From Desulfobulbus propionicus DSM 2032 (GTDB lineage: Bacteria; Desulfobacterota; Desulfobulbia; Desulfobulbales; Desulfobulbaceae), in contig NC_014972.1 of the NCBI RefSeq assembly GCF_000186885.1, positions 3,720,001 to 3,752,000 of the forward strand: a stretch of DNA of 32,000 nucleotides, written 5' to 3'. A program made the translations under genes and the position numbers. The notes below the pieces were generated by a model that was given only the letters and a program-made list of their open reading frames with translations, made no database searches and had not been told where the DNA came from. Of the stretch, positions 21,656 through 30,591 are shown in pieces (position 1 is the stretch's first letter; the number at the start of each line of letters is the position of its first letter).

Positions 21656-23101
21656 TCAACGGATCTCGCGGAGATCGATAATCTCCATCTTGTGGTTCCG
21701 GTGCGGGTTTTCGGGTGACGGCCCTTCAGTCTGGATGATGCAGCTTCCCTTGAGATTGTATTTCAAGGCGTAATCACGGGCAAAATCGGTCCAGTCCGCC
21801 GGGTGATTGATCTCGTAGAGGGGAAAGACCCCGTAGGAAAAGAGCAATTCCCGGCAGGTCTTCTTGTTGGCACTCACCGCCAGAACCCAAGTGGGCAGCT
21901 TGTAGCGCGACAACCGCCGGGCGGTGAGGCCGCTGTCCGTGGGCGCGAGGATGGCGGCCACGGTATCGTTGTGGCTGACGATGGCATTGACGCTGGAGGC
22001 GATGTAATCCACCTCCCGAATCTCGGTATACACCGGGTGTTCGGGCATCTTGCGGTAACTGTGGCGGGTGCGGTGCGGTTCGGTGGCCACGGCGATCTGC
22101 ATCAGCATGCGCACCGCCTCCAGTGGATAACGGCCCATGGCCGACTCCTCGGAGAGCATCACACAGTCGGTGCCGTCGAGAATGGCGTTGGCCACGTCGG
22201 TGGCCTCGGCCCGGGTCGGTCTGCGGTTGTTGGTCATGGATTCGAGCATCTGGGTGGCGGTGATGACCGGCTTGCCGAACAGGTTGGCGCGGGAGGTGAT
22301 CAGCTTCTGCATGATGGCGATCTCCTCGATCGGCAGTTCCACCCCGAGATCGCCCCGGGCCACCATCACGCCGTCCGCCTCGTCCAGGATCTGGTCGATC
22401 TTCTCCAGGATCGAGGCGCGCTCGATCTTGGCAATGACAAAGGGCTGGTAACCCATTGCGGCCGCCGCCTCGCGCACCGCGCGGATGTCGGCGGCATCGT
22501 TGACAAAGGACTGGCTGATGGCGTCCACCCCGTTCTCCAGGGCAAAACGCATGCAATTCCGATCGTGCTCGGTGAAGGCGGAGATGCCCAGATCGATCCC
22601 CGGCAGGTTGAGGCCCTTTTTCGAGCGCAGCTTGCCGCCGACCAGCACGCGGCAATGGACCCGTTCCTCCTCGACCTCTTCCACCCGCACCTGAATCAAG
22701 CCGTCATTGATGAACAACACATCACCGGGCCGCACCGCCTGGGGCAGTTCCTTGAGGGTCACCGAAACCATCGATCGATTGCCCGCCACCTCTTCGGTGG
22801 TCAGGGTGAAACAGTCGCCGATGACCAGCTCGACCGGTTCCACGGCCAGGGTACCGATGCGGATCTTGGGTCCGGGCAGATCGGCCATGATCGCCACCGG
22901 CCGGCTGACCCGCTCCGCTGCCTGGCGAATGCGGCGAATCACCTCGCCGTGCACCCGGAAATCGCCGTGGGAGAAATTGAGCCGGGCAATATTCATCCCG
23001 GCCTCGAGCATTTTCTCCAGCATCTCCGGCGAATCCGAGGCCGGACCGATGGTGCAGACCAGTTTGGTTTTACAGGCGGGCAGAATGGGCGTGTTGTACA
23101 T
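21656..23101 (-). CDS. pyk: Pyruvate kinase
   Basis: TKLVCTIGPASDSPEMLEKMLEAGMNIARLNFSHGD, MADLPGPKIRIG, MVARGDLGVELP, ATQMLESMTNNRRPTRAEATDVANAILDGTDCVMLSEESAMGRYP. Start placed at MYNTPILP. Confidence 0.97.
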   Translation of the reverse strand: MYNTPILPACKTKLVCTIGPASDSPEMLEKMLEAGMNIARLNFSHGDFRVHGEVIRRIRQAAERVSRPVAIMADLPGPKIRIGTLAVEPVELVIGDCFTLTTEEVAGNRSMVSVTLKELPQAVRPGDVLFINDGLIQVRVEEVEEERVHCRVLVGGKLRSKKGLNLPGIDLGISAFTEHDRNCMRFALENGVDAISQSFVNDAADIRAVREAAAAMGYQPFVIAKIERASILEKIDQILDEADGVMVARGDLGVELPIEEIAIMQKLITSRANLFGKPVITATQMLESMTNNRRPTRAEATDVANAILDGTDCVMLSEESAMGRYPLEAVRMLMQIAVATEPHRTRHSYRKMPEHPVYTEIREVDYIASSVNAIVSHNDTVAAILAPTDSGLTARRLSRYKLPTWVLAVSANKKTCRELLFSYGVFPLYEINHPADWTDFARDYALKYNLKGSCIIQTEGPSPENPHRNHKMEIIDLREIR

Positions 23102-23154
23102 GGCGTCTCCGTGTAAACAATGGATGGAATACAAATCAACCAGAAGCAGACGAA

Positions 23155-23568
23155 TCAAAACCGCTGGGTCAAGTCGCCCAGCGACTGGTCCATGGAGGCG
23201 CGCAGCCGTTCCTCGATGGGGCTGGCATTGCCCTGGGCATCGATCTTGACATAAACCATCCGAGTCGAGCAGACCAGTTCCTCAAGATCTTTTTCAAAGT
23301 CAAAGCGCCGCGCCTCGACGTCGATGGTCAGCGAGGTGGTGCCGACCTTGTATACCCGGGCGTAGATGCGCACATGGTGACTGATCTTGACCGGCCGCCG
23401 GAACAGGACCTCTTCCATCTTGAGGGTTACCATGTTGGGGGCGCGGCAGAGATAGCCGGCAAAGGCCGCCCCGGCCTCGTCCAACCAGGACAGCAAGGTG
23501 CCGCCGAAGAGGTTGCCGTTGAGGCCGATTTCGCTGGCCCGACAGATTTTGGTGGCCACATAGTGCAT
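23155..23568 (-). CDS. Acyl-CoA thioesterase (hotdog-fold, YciA/BACH-like)
   Basis: SEIGLNGNLFGGTLLSWLDEAGAAFAGYLCRAPNMVTLKMEEVLFRRPVKISHHVRIYARV; start placed at MHYVATK, since the upstream part of the track ORF looks non-coding. Confidence 0.8.
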   Translation of the reverse strand: MHYVATKICRASEIGLNGNLFGGTLLSWLDEAGAAFAGYLCRAPNMVTLKMEEVLFRRPVKISHHVRIYARVYKVGTTSLTIDVEARRFDFEKDLEELVCSTRMVYVKIDAQGNASPIEERLRASMDQSLGDLTQRF

Positions 23569-23797
23569 GGCGAACTCCTTGCTGCCGCCAGAAGATGGAG
23601 CGCGGCAGGAAGGCGCCTCGTCTTCGGGTCGGCAAACGGGTCGTGATCGATGGAAGAAGAGCCCGGGCGAACGTCTTGCGCCGCCTGGCGGGCCGGGGTA
23701 TAAGGCTACGATAAGAAAGCTCTGAAAAATTTCACGGAAAAACAGGCAGGCCCTCCGGTCTTTTCCACCCATCCATCCTCTTTCTCGCATAACGCGC

Positions 23798-25165
23798 ATG
23801 GCCACCCCGAAAAAAGACACCCTGCTCTTCGTCTGCGGCCAGTGCGGTTTTGAAAGCCGCAAATGGCTGGGACGCTGCCCCGACTGCGGCGCCTGGGACA
23901 GCCTGGGCGAACAGCAAAAACCGCTCGTCCTCCGCCCCGGCCGCAAGGCGGCGACAGCCCAGCCGCTGGCGGCTGCCGGGGAGGAAGAGACCGCCCGCCT
24001 GGTGACCAGCATCGGTGAGATGGATCGGGTGCTCGGCGGCGGCATCGTGCCCGGCTCCCTGGTGCTGATCGGCGGCGATCCGGGCATCGGCAAGTCGACC
24101 CTGATCCTGCAGCTGCTCTCGTCGCTGGCGGCCAAGGGGCTCAAGGTGCTCTACGTCACCGGCGAGGAATCGGTGCGCCAGATCCGCATGCGGGCCAACC
24201 GCCTCAACATCGAGGATCCGGCGATTTCCGTGTCCACCGAGAACTGCGTCGAGGCCATTGTCGATCTGGCCGGGACCATGCAACCGGCCCTGCTGGCGGT
24301 GGATTCGATCCAGACGGTGTATAGCGAGGAGGTCGGGTCGGCGCCCGGCTCGGTCACCCAGGTGCGCGAGGCCACGGCCAGGCTGCTGGCCCTGGCCAAA
24401 TCGAGCCATCTGCCGATTCTGCTGGTCGGCCACGTGACCAAGGACGGGGCCATCGCCGGTCCGCGGGTACTGGAGCATATGGTCGATACGGTGCTCTATT
24501 TCGAAGGGGATCGCGGCCAGGTGTTCCGTATTCTACGGACGGTGAAGAACCGGTTCGGCTCGACCAACGAGATCGGGGTGTTCGAGATGCAGGAGAGCGG
24601 CTTGGTCGGGGTGGACAACCCCTCGGCCCTGTTCCTCGCCGAGCGGCCGGTCAATGTGCCGGGGTCGGTGGTGTTGCCCAGCGTCGAGGGCACGCGGCCA
24701 ATCCTGGTCGAGGTCCAGGCCCTGGTCAGTCGCTCCAGTCTGGGCACGGCCCGGCGTACCGCCATCGGCGCCGATCCGCAGCGGCTGGCCCTGCTCACCG
24801 CCGTGCTGGAAAAAAAGCTCGGGGTGACGCTGTTTGATCACGACATCTTTCTCAACATCGCCGGCGGCATCCGCATCATCGAGCCGGCCCTGGACCTGGG
24901 GGTGGTGGCGGCCCTGCTGTCCAGTTTTCTTGAGAAACCGATCGATCCCGGGACCGTGGTCTGCGGCGAGGTCGGCCTGGCCGGCGAGGTCCGGGCCGTG
25001 GGCCAGATGGAGATGCGGCTGCGCGAGGCCGGCCGGCTTGGCTTCAAGACCTTTCTCATGCCGGAATCCTCGACGCGCCAACTGCAGTCCAAGGCCAGGG
25101 AAGGATTGCACCTCCTGCCGGTGCGGACGGTGGCGGAGTTGGCCGACAGCCTGTTTCGCGCCTGA
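23798..25165 (+). CDS. radA: DNA repair protein RadA
   Basis: Zn finger CGQCGFESRKWLGRCPDCGAWDSL, Walker A GGDPGIGKSTLILQ, KNRFGSTNEIGVFEM, C-terminal Lon-like domain. Confidence 0.97.
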   Translation: MATPKKDTLLFVCGQCGFESRKWLGRCPDCGAWDSLGEQQKPLVLRPGRKAATAQPLAAAGEEETARLVTSIGEMDRVLGGGIVPGSLVLIGGDPGIGKSTLILQLLSSLAAKGLKVLYVTGEESVRQIRMRANRLNIEDPAISVSTENCVEAIVDLAGTMQPALLAVDSIQTVYSEEVGSAPGSVTQVREATARLLALAKSSHLPILLVGHVTKDGAIAGPRVLEHMVDTVLYFEGDRGQVFRILRTVKNRFGSTNEIGVFEMQESGLVGVDNPSALFLAERPVNVPGSVVLPSVEGTRPILVEVQALVSRSSLGTARRTAIGADPQRLALLTAVLEKKLGVTLFDHDIFLNIAGGIRIIEPALDLGVVAALLSSFLEKPIDPGTVVCGEVGLAGEVRAVGQMEMRLREAGRLGFKTFLMPESSTRQLQSKAREGLHLLPVRTVAELADSLFRA

Positions 25166-25246
25166 TCGACCCTCGGCATCCGCCCCCCTGCTCCTCCCGA
25201 TGTTCCGCGAGGAGAGGTTCCCGCTGCAACCGCGCCAGCAGTCCGA

Positions 25247-28200
25247 TCACCGCCGGTAGATGCGCACCTCGATCCCGGGTGTGCTCTGCATCTGATTCCA
25301 GCGGCCATCGGCGATATGGACCTTGGCCCGGATCTCGTCACGGGAGCGGAACGGCCGTTCCCGAAGAATGGCATCGGCGAGTTCCTCACCGATGCCGGAA
25401 AGGCCGATCAGTTCGGCGCGGGACATCTCGTTGAGATACACCACCCGTTTGGGGATGGCCCGGGTGGCGTAATGGTCGAGCTGGGTATCGATTTCATTGT
25501 CCACCGTATGCCGTGCCACGCTGGAACCGGCGGCCCCCGAGGACAGCACCTCGTGGGCCGCGCAGTCAAGGGCGACCGGAATGGCCTGCTCGCCTTCGAT
25601 GATGTCGGCCTTGTCCTCGGCATCGGGATTGCCCAGGGCACGCAGGTAGGTGATGTCCGCCTGCCGCGACGGCTGCCCGTAACGGGCCGTGACCACAAAA
25701 TTGACGGTTTTCAGGTTGCGCGCCTGGGCCTGGGCCGCTGTCGGCGTACTGTAGGCCCCCTCGGTGCCGTTCACCGCCAATTTGACGAATTTTTCGAACC
25801 GGTTTTTATGGTCGCTGTTGGCGGCCTGGGTCAGCGGAGTAAGGTTGTCCCAGGTGTTGCCCGGACCGCCGAGATTGTCGTTGAGCAGATGCCCCTTGAT
25901 GTAGTAGACCCCTTCCCCCTGCTTGCGTTTGCTGATCTTGCCCCACAGGGGATTGCCCATGTCGCCGGAAGAGGGGGAACTGCCATTGGCATGGATCGGG
26001 GTCAGACGCATGACGCTGGCCGAGCCGCCGAAGCCGTTCACTCTGCCGCCGTACACCGGTGGAGTGGAAGCGGTGATATCGACCGGCATGAACCGTGCCG
26101 TGGCATCGGCAAGACGGGCCAGCAGACCGTCAATGATGTCGGCGTGGTTGGTGGTGGCGGCCGGACCTCCTCCGGGTCCCGGGGTGGGGTTGTCGGTGCT
26201 GGCGGTGACGATGGCGGCATCCAATTCGGTGGCGACCTGGACAGCCTGCTGCTTGTCACCCTGCTTGTCCGGCGGCACCTCGACCGTGCGAAGGAAATCC
26301 TGATACGGTGTCGGCGCGGAAGCCATCATCACCCTGGCAGAGCGGCCGCTGCCCTGAATATAGAGGCTGTGCCGTCCGCCGCCCGCCTGAAACTCGCGTC
26401 GTGCCCGCCACCAGTCCCGGAGACGGGCCACGCCCCGCCGAACCGCCGCCGTGCCCCGCCGCACCATGGCGATCACCGCCCGCCCCAACCGCAGGGCCCG
26501 GTCGATCAGCCAGTCGACCGCTCCGGTCACCCGCTCCCTGAGCCCACCGAGAATCTCCCGCAGCCGCTGCGACAGTCGGCCCAGACCGGCCTGGTTGGCG
26601 AGAAAACCGATGGCGATCGGCAGGGCGCTTGCCAGGGCGCTCTCGACAAAACCGGCCGCCTCGCCGATGGCGCCCCGGGCGATGCCGCCGATGCCGTCCA
26701 GCACCCGGGAGACGATCTCCAGCATCTGCCGCAGGTACTGCATGAACGACTCGATGGCCCGATAGATGGCGATCAGGGTATTGATCACCGGCATGATGCC
26801 GGTGACGTCGAGCAGGGAGAGCAGCCAGCGACTGGCCCAGCCGATCACCCGCTCGGTGATGAAGCCGGTCACGCCCTGCACGACCGTGTCCCACAGGTTG
26901 GACAACCGCTCGCTCACCTCCCGCCACAGCCCGGCCGGGCCGTCATTGATCAGGGTGGCGACAAACGACCACACCCCGGTGGCGATCTCCAGCATCGAGC
27001 GCAGCCGGGCAACGATGGCCGGATCGATGCGCCGTTCCAGGCGGGCAAAGATGGTGTCCCGGGTCAAACCAAGGACATCGAGGACAAAGCCCAGGACCGA
27101 GCGCAGGGAAAAGTCGGCCGGCGGGTTGATGCCCGCCTCGCGCACGGTGGCGAACAGCCAGTTGGTGAAGCCGGCCAGCAGATGGGTGCCGATATTGCCG
27201 AAGAAGCGGGTGAACCCGGCCCCCATGGCGCGCAGCAGGTTGGCGAGAAACCCGAGCGGATCGGTGAGGATGGCGCCAATGGCGCCGGCGGCCTTAGCCA
27301 AAATCTGCACCACCAGTTGCGCCGGCACATTGAAAATGCGCAGCACCGCCTGGAAAAAGGCCCAGGCCGCAGCGGCGAGGTCACCGTCGACAAAGATGCG
27401 GCGCAGGATGCCCAGCGCGGTCTGCTGCACCCGGGGCCAGAGCTCGGGGTCGGAGAAGAACTGACCGAACACCGGAATCCGGGCCAGGATCTGGTTCTTG
27501 ATGAAATTTTCCACCGGCTCGCGGATGCAGCGCGGCACCCGCTGCCAGATCGAATTGAGCACCAACAGCGGCAGCTGCAACAGGTCGCCAAAGATGGTGA
27601 TCACCTTGCGCACCGTGTCCAGCACCAGTTCCAGAAAGGGGGTGAGCGCATCGAAGCCCTGCACCAGCCAGGTGAACAGCACCGCCACCTTGTCGCGCGC
27701 CCAGGCGAGCAGGCTGGTGATTCCCTCTTCCAGCCAGGTGAAGGCCCCGGCCAGCCAGGACAGCAAATCGCTGGCCCGCAAGCGCCCGATTAGACCACTG
27801 ACCAAGGCGCCGACCCCGGCGATCCGTTCGCCCAGCCACTGGCCGGCGCCGACAATGATCCGCCGCACCGTGGCGATGATGTTCTGCACCGACGGCAGCA
27901 CCGAGGCCAGGGTGTCGCGTGCCGCCGGTACCCCGTCGCCGCCGTCCATGCCCGAGGCGGCGGTGTCCAGTTCGCCTGAAAGCTGCTGGGCTTGCTCGCC
28001 CATCTCGCGGACAAAGGCGGGTGGAATCAGTTCGGCCACCCGTCCGGCAAACTCAGCCACCGGCTGCCACACCGGCCGCGTTTGCGTTTTGACCCAATCC
28101 CAGGCCTCGCCCGCCTTGCGGCTGATCCAGCCGAGCACCCCGCCCTGGCTGCCGGTGCTGTCCTCACCCTCGGAGGAGCCGAACAGCAGGTCCTTGAACC

Positions 28201-29371
28201 AGTTCCATACCCGCGCGGCTGCCTCGCGCACCGGCCGGATCCATTCCCAGAAACGGCGACCCAGATCCTGAATCCCTTCCCAGACCGCGCCGCCAAATTC
28301 GCGCAGCCACTGCACCGCCGGGGCACCGAAGTTGGCCCACAGGTCGCGGAAGAAATCCCCCACCGGCTGGAGGAACTCGGTCAACTTGTTCCAGGCCACG
28401 CCGGCGGTCTCGACCACAAAGGTCTTCATGTCGTTGATGGCGGCCATCAATGGCTCGCACCGGCCCGAGGCCAGGCCGCTGGCGATGGCGGCGGCGCGCT
28501 CCACCAGGCCGGCGAAGAAATCGATCAGCTGGCGCGGCCCGTCAAAGGGCACCAGGGCCCGCAGGGTGCCGATGAACCCGTCCCAGGCCCGGGCCACCTG
28601 GCGGCCGAGCCAGGTGAGGATGCCCTCGTCGACGATGGCGCGCACGGTGCGGGCAAATTCGGGGGAAATGGTTTCCAAGAGCCGCCAGCCGAACTCGCGG
28701 ATCTTGTCCACCGCCCAATCGGCAATGTCGCCCAGGGTCTCGACCGCGCCATGGTAGAGATCGCTCCAGAAGCCGCGCCGCACCGGCTGCTGTTCGACAC
28801 TGCTGGTCTCGCCGCGTTGCTGGGCCACATGGGCCAGTTCGTGGGCAAGGAGAAAACGGCCGGCAGCGGTTTCGGGTTGATAGTATCCCCGGTTGAAGGC
28901 GATATGGTCGCCGATGGTGAAGGCTTGAGCGTACAGGGTTTCGTTGAGCCTGATGGCGCGCGGATCGGTATGCAGGCGGATCGCGCCCAGATCCATGCCG
29001 AAACGGGCCTCCATGTCGGTGCGCAACGGCGGCGGCAGGGGATCGCCGCCACTTTGCAGGGCCGTGATCTCGCGCTCGATGGATTCGGGCAGGGATTGTT
29101 CTTCTTCGGGAGGATGATGCACCCCCTCGTGATCCCCCGAGGGTGAGAGGGCGCACCGGATCGCCGCACGGTTGACGGAGGCGGTTGCAGTCCCACTGGC
29201 CTCCCCGGCCGCCGCCATCTTCCGGCCTAGGGCTTTGGCGGCAATGCGGTCGGCCTGCTGCTCGGCCTCGTCATGCGCGGCGCCCAGCTTGAGTTTGGGC
29301 CGCACGCCGGCGGGCACACGGACCGGCGGCCTATGGGCCGGCTGTTTCTGGACGAGCGCGGCGGTCAGCAT
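25247..29371 (-). CDS. Giant DUF4157 (eCIS core)-domain protein with C-terminal DNA/RNA non-specific endonuclease-like motif and helix-hairpin-helix; putative contractile-injection-system cargo/toxin
   Basis: N-terminal DUF4157 signature (EQQADRIAAKALG...LPPPLRTDMEARFGMDLGAIRLHTDPRAIRLNETLYAQAFTIGDHIAFNRGYYQPETAAGRFLLAHELAHVAQQR); ~800-aa Trp/Gly/Ala-rich amphipathic region; KGHLLNDNLGGPGNTWDNLTPLTQAANSDHKNRF resembles the endonuclease GHL...DNL...N core; C-terminal MSRAELIGLSGIGEELADAILRERPF HhH. RBS-like GGGGGTGAT upstream of ATG. Confidence 0.8.
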   Translation of the reverse strand: MLTAALVQKQPAHRPPVRVPAGVRPKLKLGAAHDEAEQQADRIAAKALGRKMAAAGEASGTATASVNRAAIRCALSPSGDHEGVHHPPEEEQSLPESIEREITALQSGGDPLPPPLRTDMEARFGMDLGAIRLHTDPRAIRLNETLYAQAFTIGDHIAFNRGYYQPETAAGRFLLAHELAHVAQQRGETSSVEQQPVRRGFWSDLYHGAVETLGDIADWAVDKIREFGWRLLETISPEFARTVRAIVDEGILTWLGRQVARAWDGFIGTLRALVPFDGPRQLIDFFAGLVERAAAIASGLASGRCEPLMAAINDMKTFVVETAGVAWNKLTEFLQPVGDFFRDLWANFGAPAVQWLREFGGAVWEGIQDLGRRFWEWIRPVREAAARVWNWFKDLLFGSSEGEDSTGSQGGVLGWISRKAGEAWDWVKTQTRPVWQPVAEFAGRVAELIPPAFVREMGEQAQQLSGELDTAASGMDGGDGVPAARDTLASVLPSVQNIIATVRRIIVGAGQWLGERIAGVGALVSGLIGRLRASDLLSWLAGAFTWLEEGITSLLAWARDKVAVLFTWLVQGFDALTPFLELVLDTVRKVITIFGDLLQLPLLVLNSIWQRVPRCIREPVENFIKNQILARIPVFGQFFSDPELWPRVQQTALGILRRIFVDGDLAAAAWAFFQAVLRIFNVPAQLVVQILAKAAGAIGAILTDPLGFLANLLRAMGAGFTRFFGNIGTHLLAGFTNWLFATVREAGINPPADFSLRSVLGFVLDVLGLTRDTIFARLERRIDPAIVARLRSMLEIATGVWSFVATLINDGPAGLWREVSERLSNLWDTVVQGVTGFITERVIGWASRWLLSLLDVTGIMPVINTLIAIYRAIESFMQYLRQMLEIVSRVLDGIGGIARGAIGEAAGFVESALASALPIAIGFLANQAGLGRLSQRLREILGGLRERVTGAVDWLIDRALRLGRAVIAMVRRGTAAVRRGVARLRDWWRARREFQAGGGRHSLYIQGSGRSARVMMASAPTPYQDFLRTVEVPPDKQGDKQQAVQVATELDAAIVTASTDNPTPGPGGGPAATTNHADIIDGLLARLADATARFMPVDITASTPPVYGGRVNGFGGSASVMRLTPIHANGSSPSSGDMGNPLWGKISKRKQGEGVYYIKGHLLNDNLGGPGNTWDNLTPLTQAANSDHKNRFEKFVKLAVNGTEGAYSTPTAAQAQARNLKTVNFVVTARYGQPSRQADITYLRALGNPDAEDKADIIEGEQAIPVALDCAAHEVLSSGAAGSSVARHTVDNEIDTQLDHYATRAIPKRVVYLNEMSRAELIGLSGIGEELADAILRERPFRSRDEIRAKVHIADGRWNQMQSTPGIEVRIYRR

Positions 29372-29388
29372 GGCGCCCGATCACCCCC

Positions 29389-30555
29389 TCAGGTCCGATA
29401 ACCGAAAAAGTAGTACAGCAGAACGCCGCACCAGGCGCGGGTAAACTCGGTTTTGCCGTTGTCGTTCCAGAAATTGGCCATGATATCGGTTTCATAACCC
29501 GGTAGATCGATACTGCCGAGCGAGGGCACGTCGATATACTTGTCGTCCAGCCCCATCATGTGCCCCACTTCGTGGGCAACCACCAGCGGGGCGGCATCCG
29601 CGGCCCAGCGGCCCGTGCTCCAAGGATCGCGTCCCCAGCCGGAATATTGGACAACAGAACGAAATCCATTCTGTTCGACAAAGACCGCATTGGATTCAGG
29701 CACCATGGCCTGCATGAGTCGGCTGTCGGCAAAAAGCGGATAGGCCTTGGCCGTGACGTGGATCTTGGCGTCGATGGTCATCCCTTTGAGTTTCAGCTGC
29801 CGGTTCCACTGCTTTTCGATATCGCTCGCCCATTTCGAAGCCAGGGTGGCACTGGATCGGGAACCATACAGGCCGAGACTGAAATACAGGTCAATCCCGC
29901 TTTTTTTCACGGTGATCCGATCGATCTTCCGTTTGAGCTCCTCCCGTCCCTGTTCCTGCTGCACCACATGCGCCAGTTCATGCGCCAGCAACCGCCGCCC
30001 TTCCTGGGAATGGGGACGGTATTCCCCCGCGCCGAAATAGACCTCGCCGCCGGTGGTGAAGGCCCGGGCCGAAAGACCGGCCGCCAACCGCGCCGCCGCG
30101 TCATCGGTATGGACGCGTACCCGGCTCAGGTCGGTACCGAGTCGAGGTTCGAAAAAGGCCCGTTCGCGGCCGGGCAGCGGATGACCGCCACCGCGACCAA
30201 GCGCGAGGGGCTGGCCATCGGCAGAGGTGGCCGTTGTTCCCGGCACGGCCTTGCGGCGCACCTCTTCCTCCTGGTCGTTTTCCGCCCCGGGCCGCTGCCG
30301 CTCTTCCTCGTCGATCGGCACCGTGTCCGCCGCCTTGCGTTGGATCGGTCCATCGTGCATGGCCAGCACCCGGTCGGCAACGCTATCGGCCTCGTGCTCC
30401 AGGTGGTCATCGGTGGAACCGATGCGCAACTTGGTCTGCACCGGACTCTCGAGGGCCTCGCGCAGACTGGTGCGGTTGACCTCGATTCGGGTCGGCCGGA
30501 TAACCGCCAGACGGCGGGCTCGGTGCTGCCTGCGGATATGCTGGAAGGATTTCAT
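29389..30555 (-). CDS. DUF4157 (eCIS core)-domain protein with second C-terminal zincin-like metallopeptidase motif
   Basis: DUF4157 signature (HEADSVADRVLAM...FEPRLGTDLSRVRVHTDDAAARLAAGLSARAFTTGGEVYFGAGEYRPHSQEGRRLLAHELAHVVQQEQG) plus HEVGHMMGLDDKY followed downstream by DIMANFW; strong RBS AAAGAGGAGG ahead of the ATG. Confidence 0.82.
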   Translation of the reverse strand: MKSFQHIRRQHRARRLAVIRPTRIEVNRTSLREALESPVQTKLRIGSTDDHLEHEADSVADRVLAMHDGPIQRKAADTVPIDEEERQRPGAENDQEEEVRRKAVPGTTATSADGQPLALGRGGGHPLPGRERAFFEPRLGTDLSRVRVHTDDAAARLAAGLSARAFTTGGEVYFGAGEYRPHSQEGRRLLAHELAHVVQQEQGREELKRKIDRITVKKSGIDLYFSLGLYGSRSSATLASKWASDIEKQWNRQLKLKGMTIDAKIHVTAKAYPLFADSRLMQAMVPESNAVFVEQNGFRSVVQYSGWGRDPWSTGRWAADAAPLVVAHEVGHMMGLDDKYIDVPSLGSIDLPGYETDIMANFWNDNGKTEFTRAWCGVLLYYFFGYRT

Positions 30556-30591
30556 GGCGACCTCCTCTTTATCCTAATGAATCGTGCACGG

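Noticed and set aside
21803-23116. 437-aa plus-strand ORF opposite pyk
   Set aside because: Antisense shadow of pyruvate kinase.
23569-24144. N-terminal extension of the thioesterase ORF
   Set aside because: Low-complexity Ser/Arg/Pro-rich sequence running over the radA 5' end; hotdog domain starts at MHYVATK.
25316-27793. 825-aa plus-strand ORF opposite the giant DUF4157 gene
   Set aside because: Antisense shadow of a high-GC coding frame: Pro/Gly/His/Gln/Asp-rich low-complexity translation without domain motifs, whereas the minus strand carries DUF4157, nuclease-like and HhH motifs.
27992-29146. 384-aa plus-strand ORF opposite the DUF4157 N-terminal half
   Set aside because: Shadow ORF; the minus frame contains the clear DUF4157 signature and an RBS.
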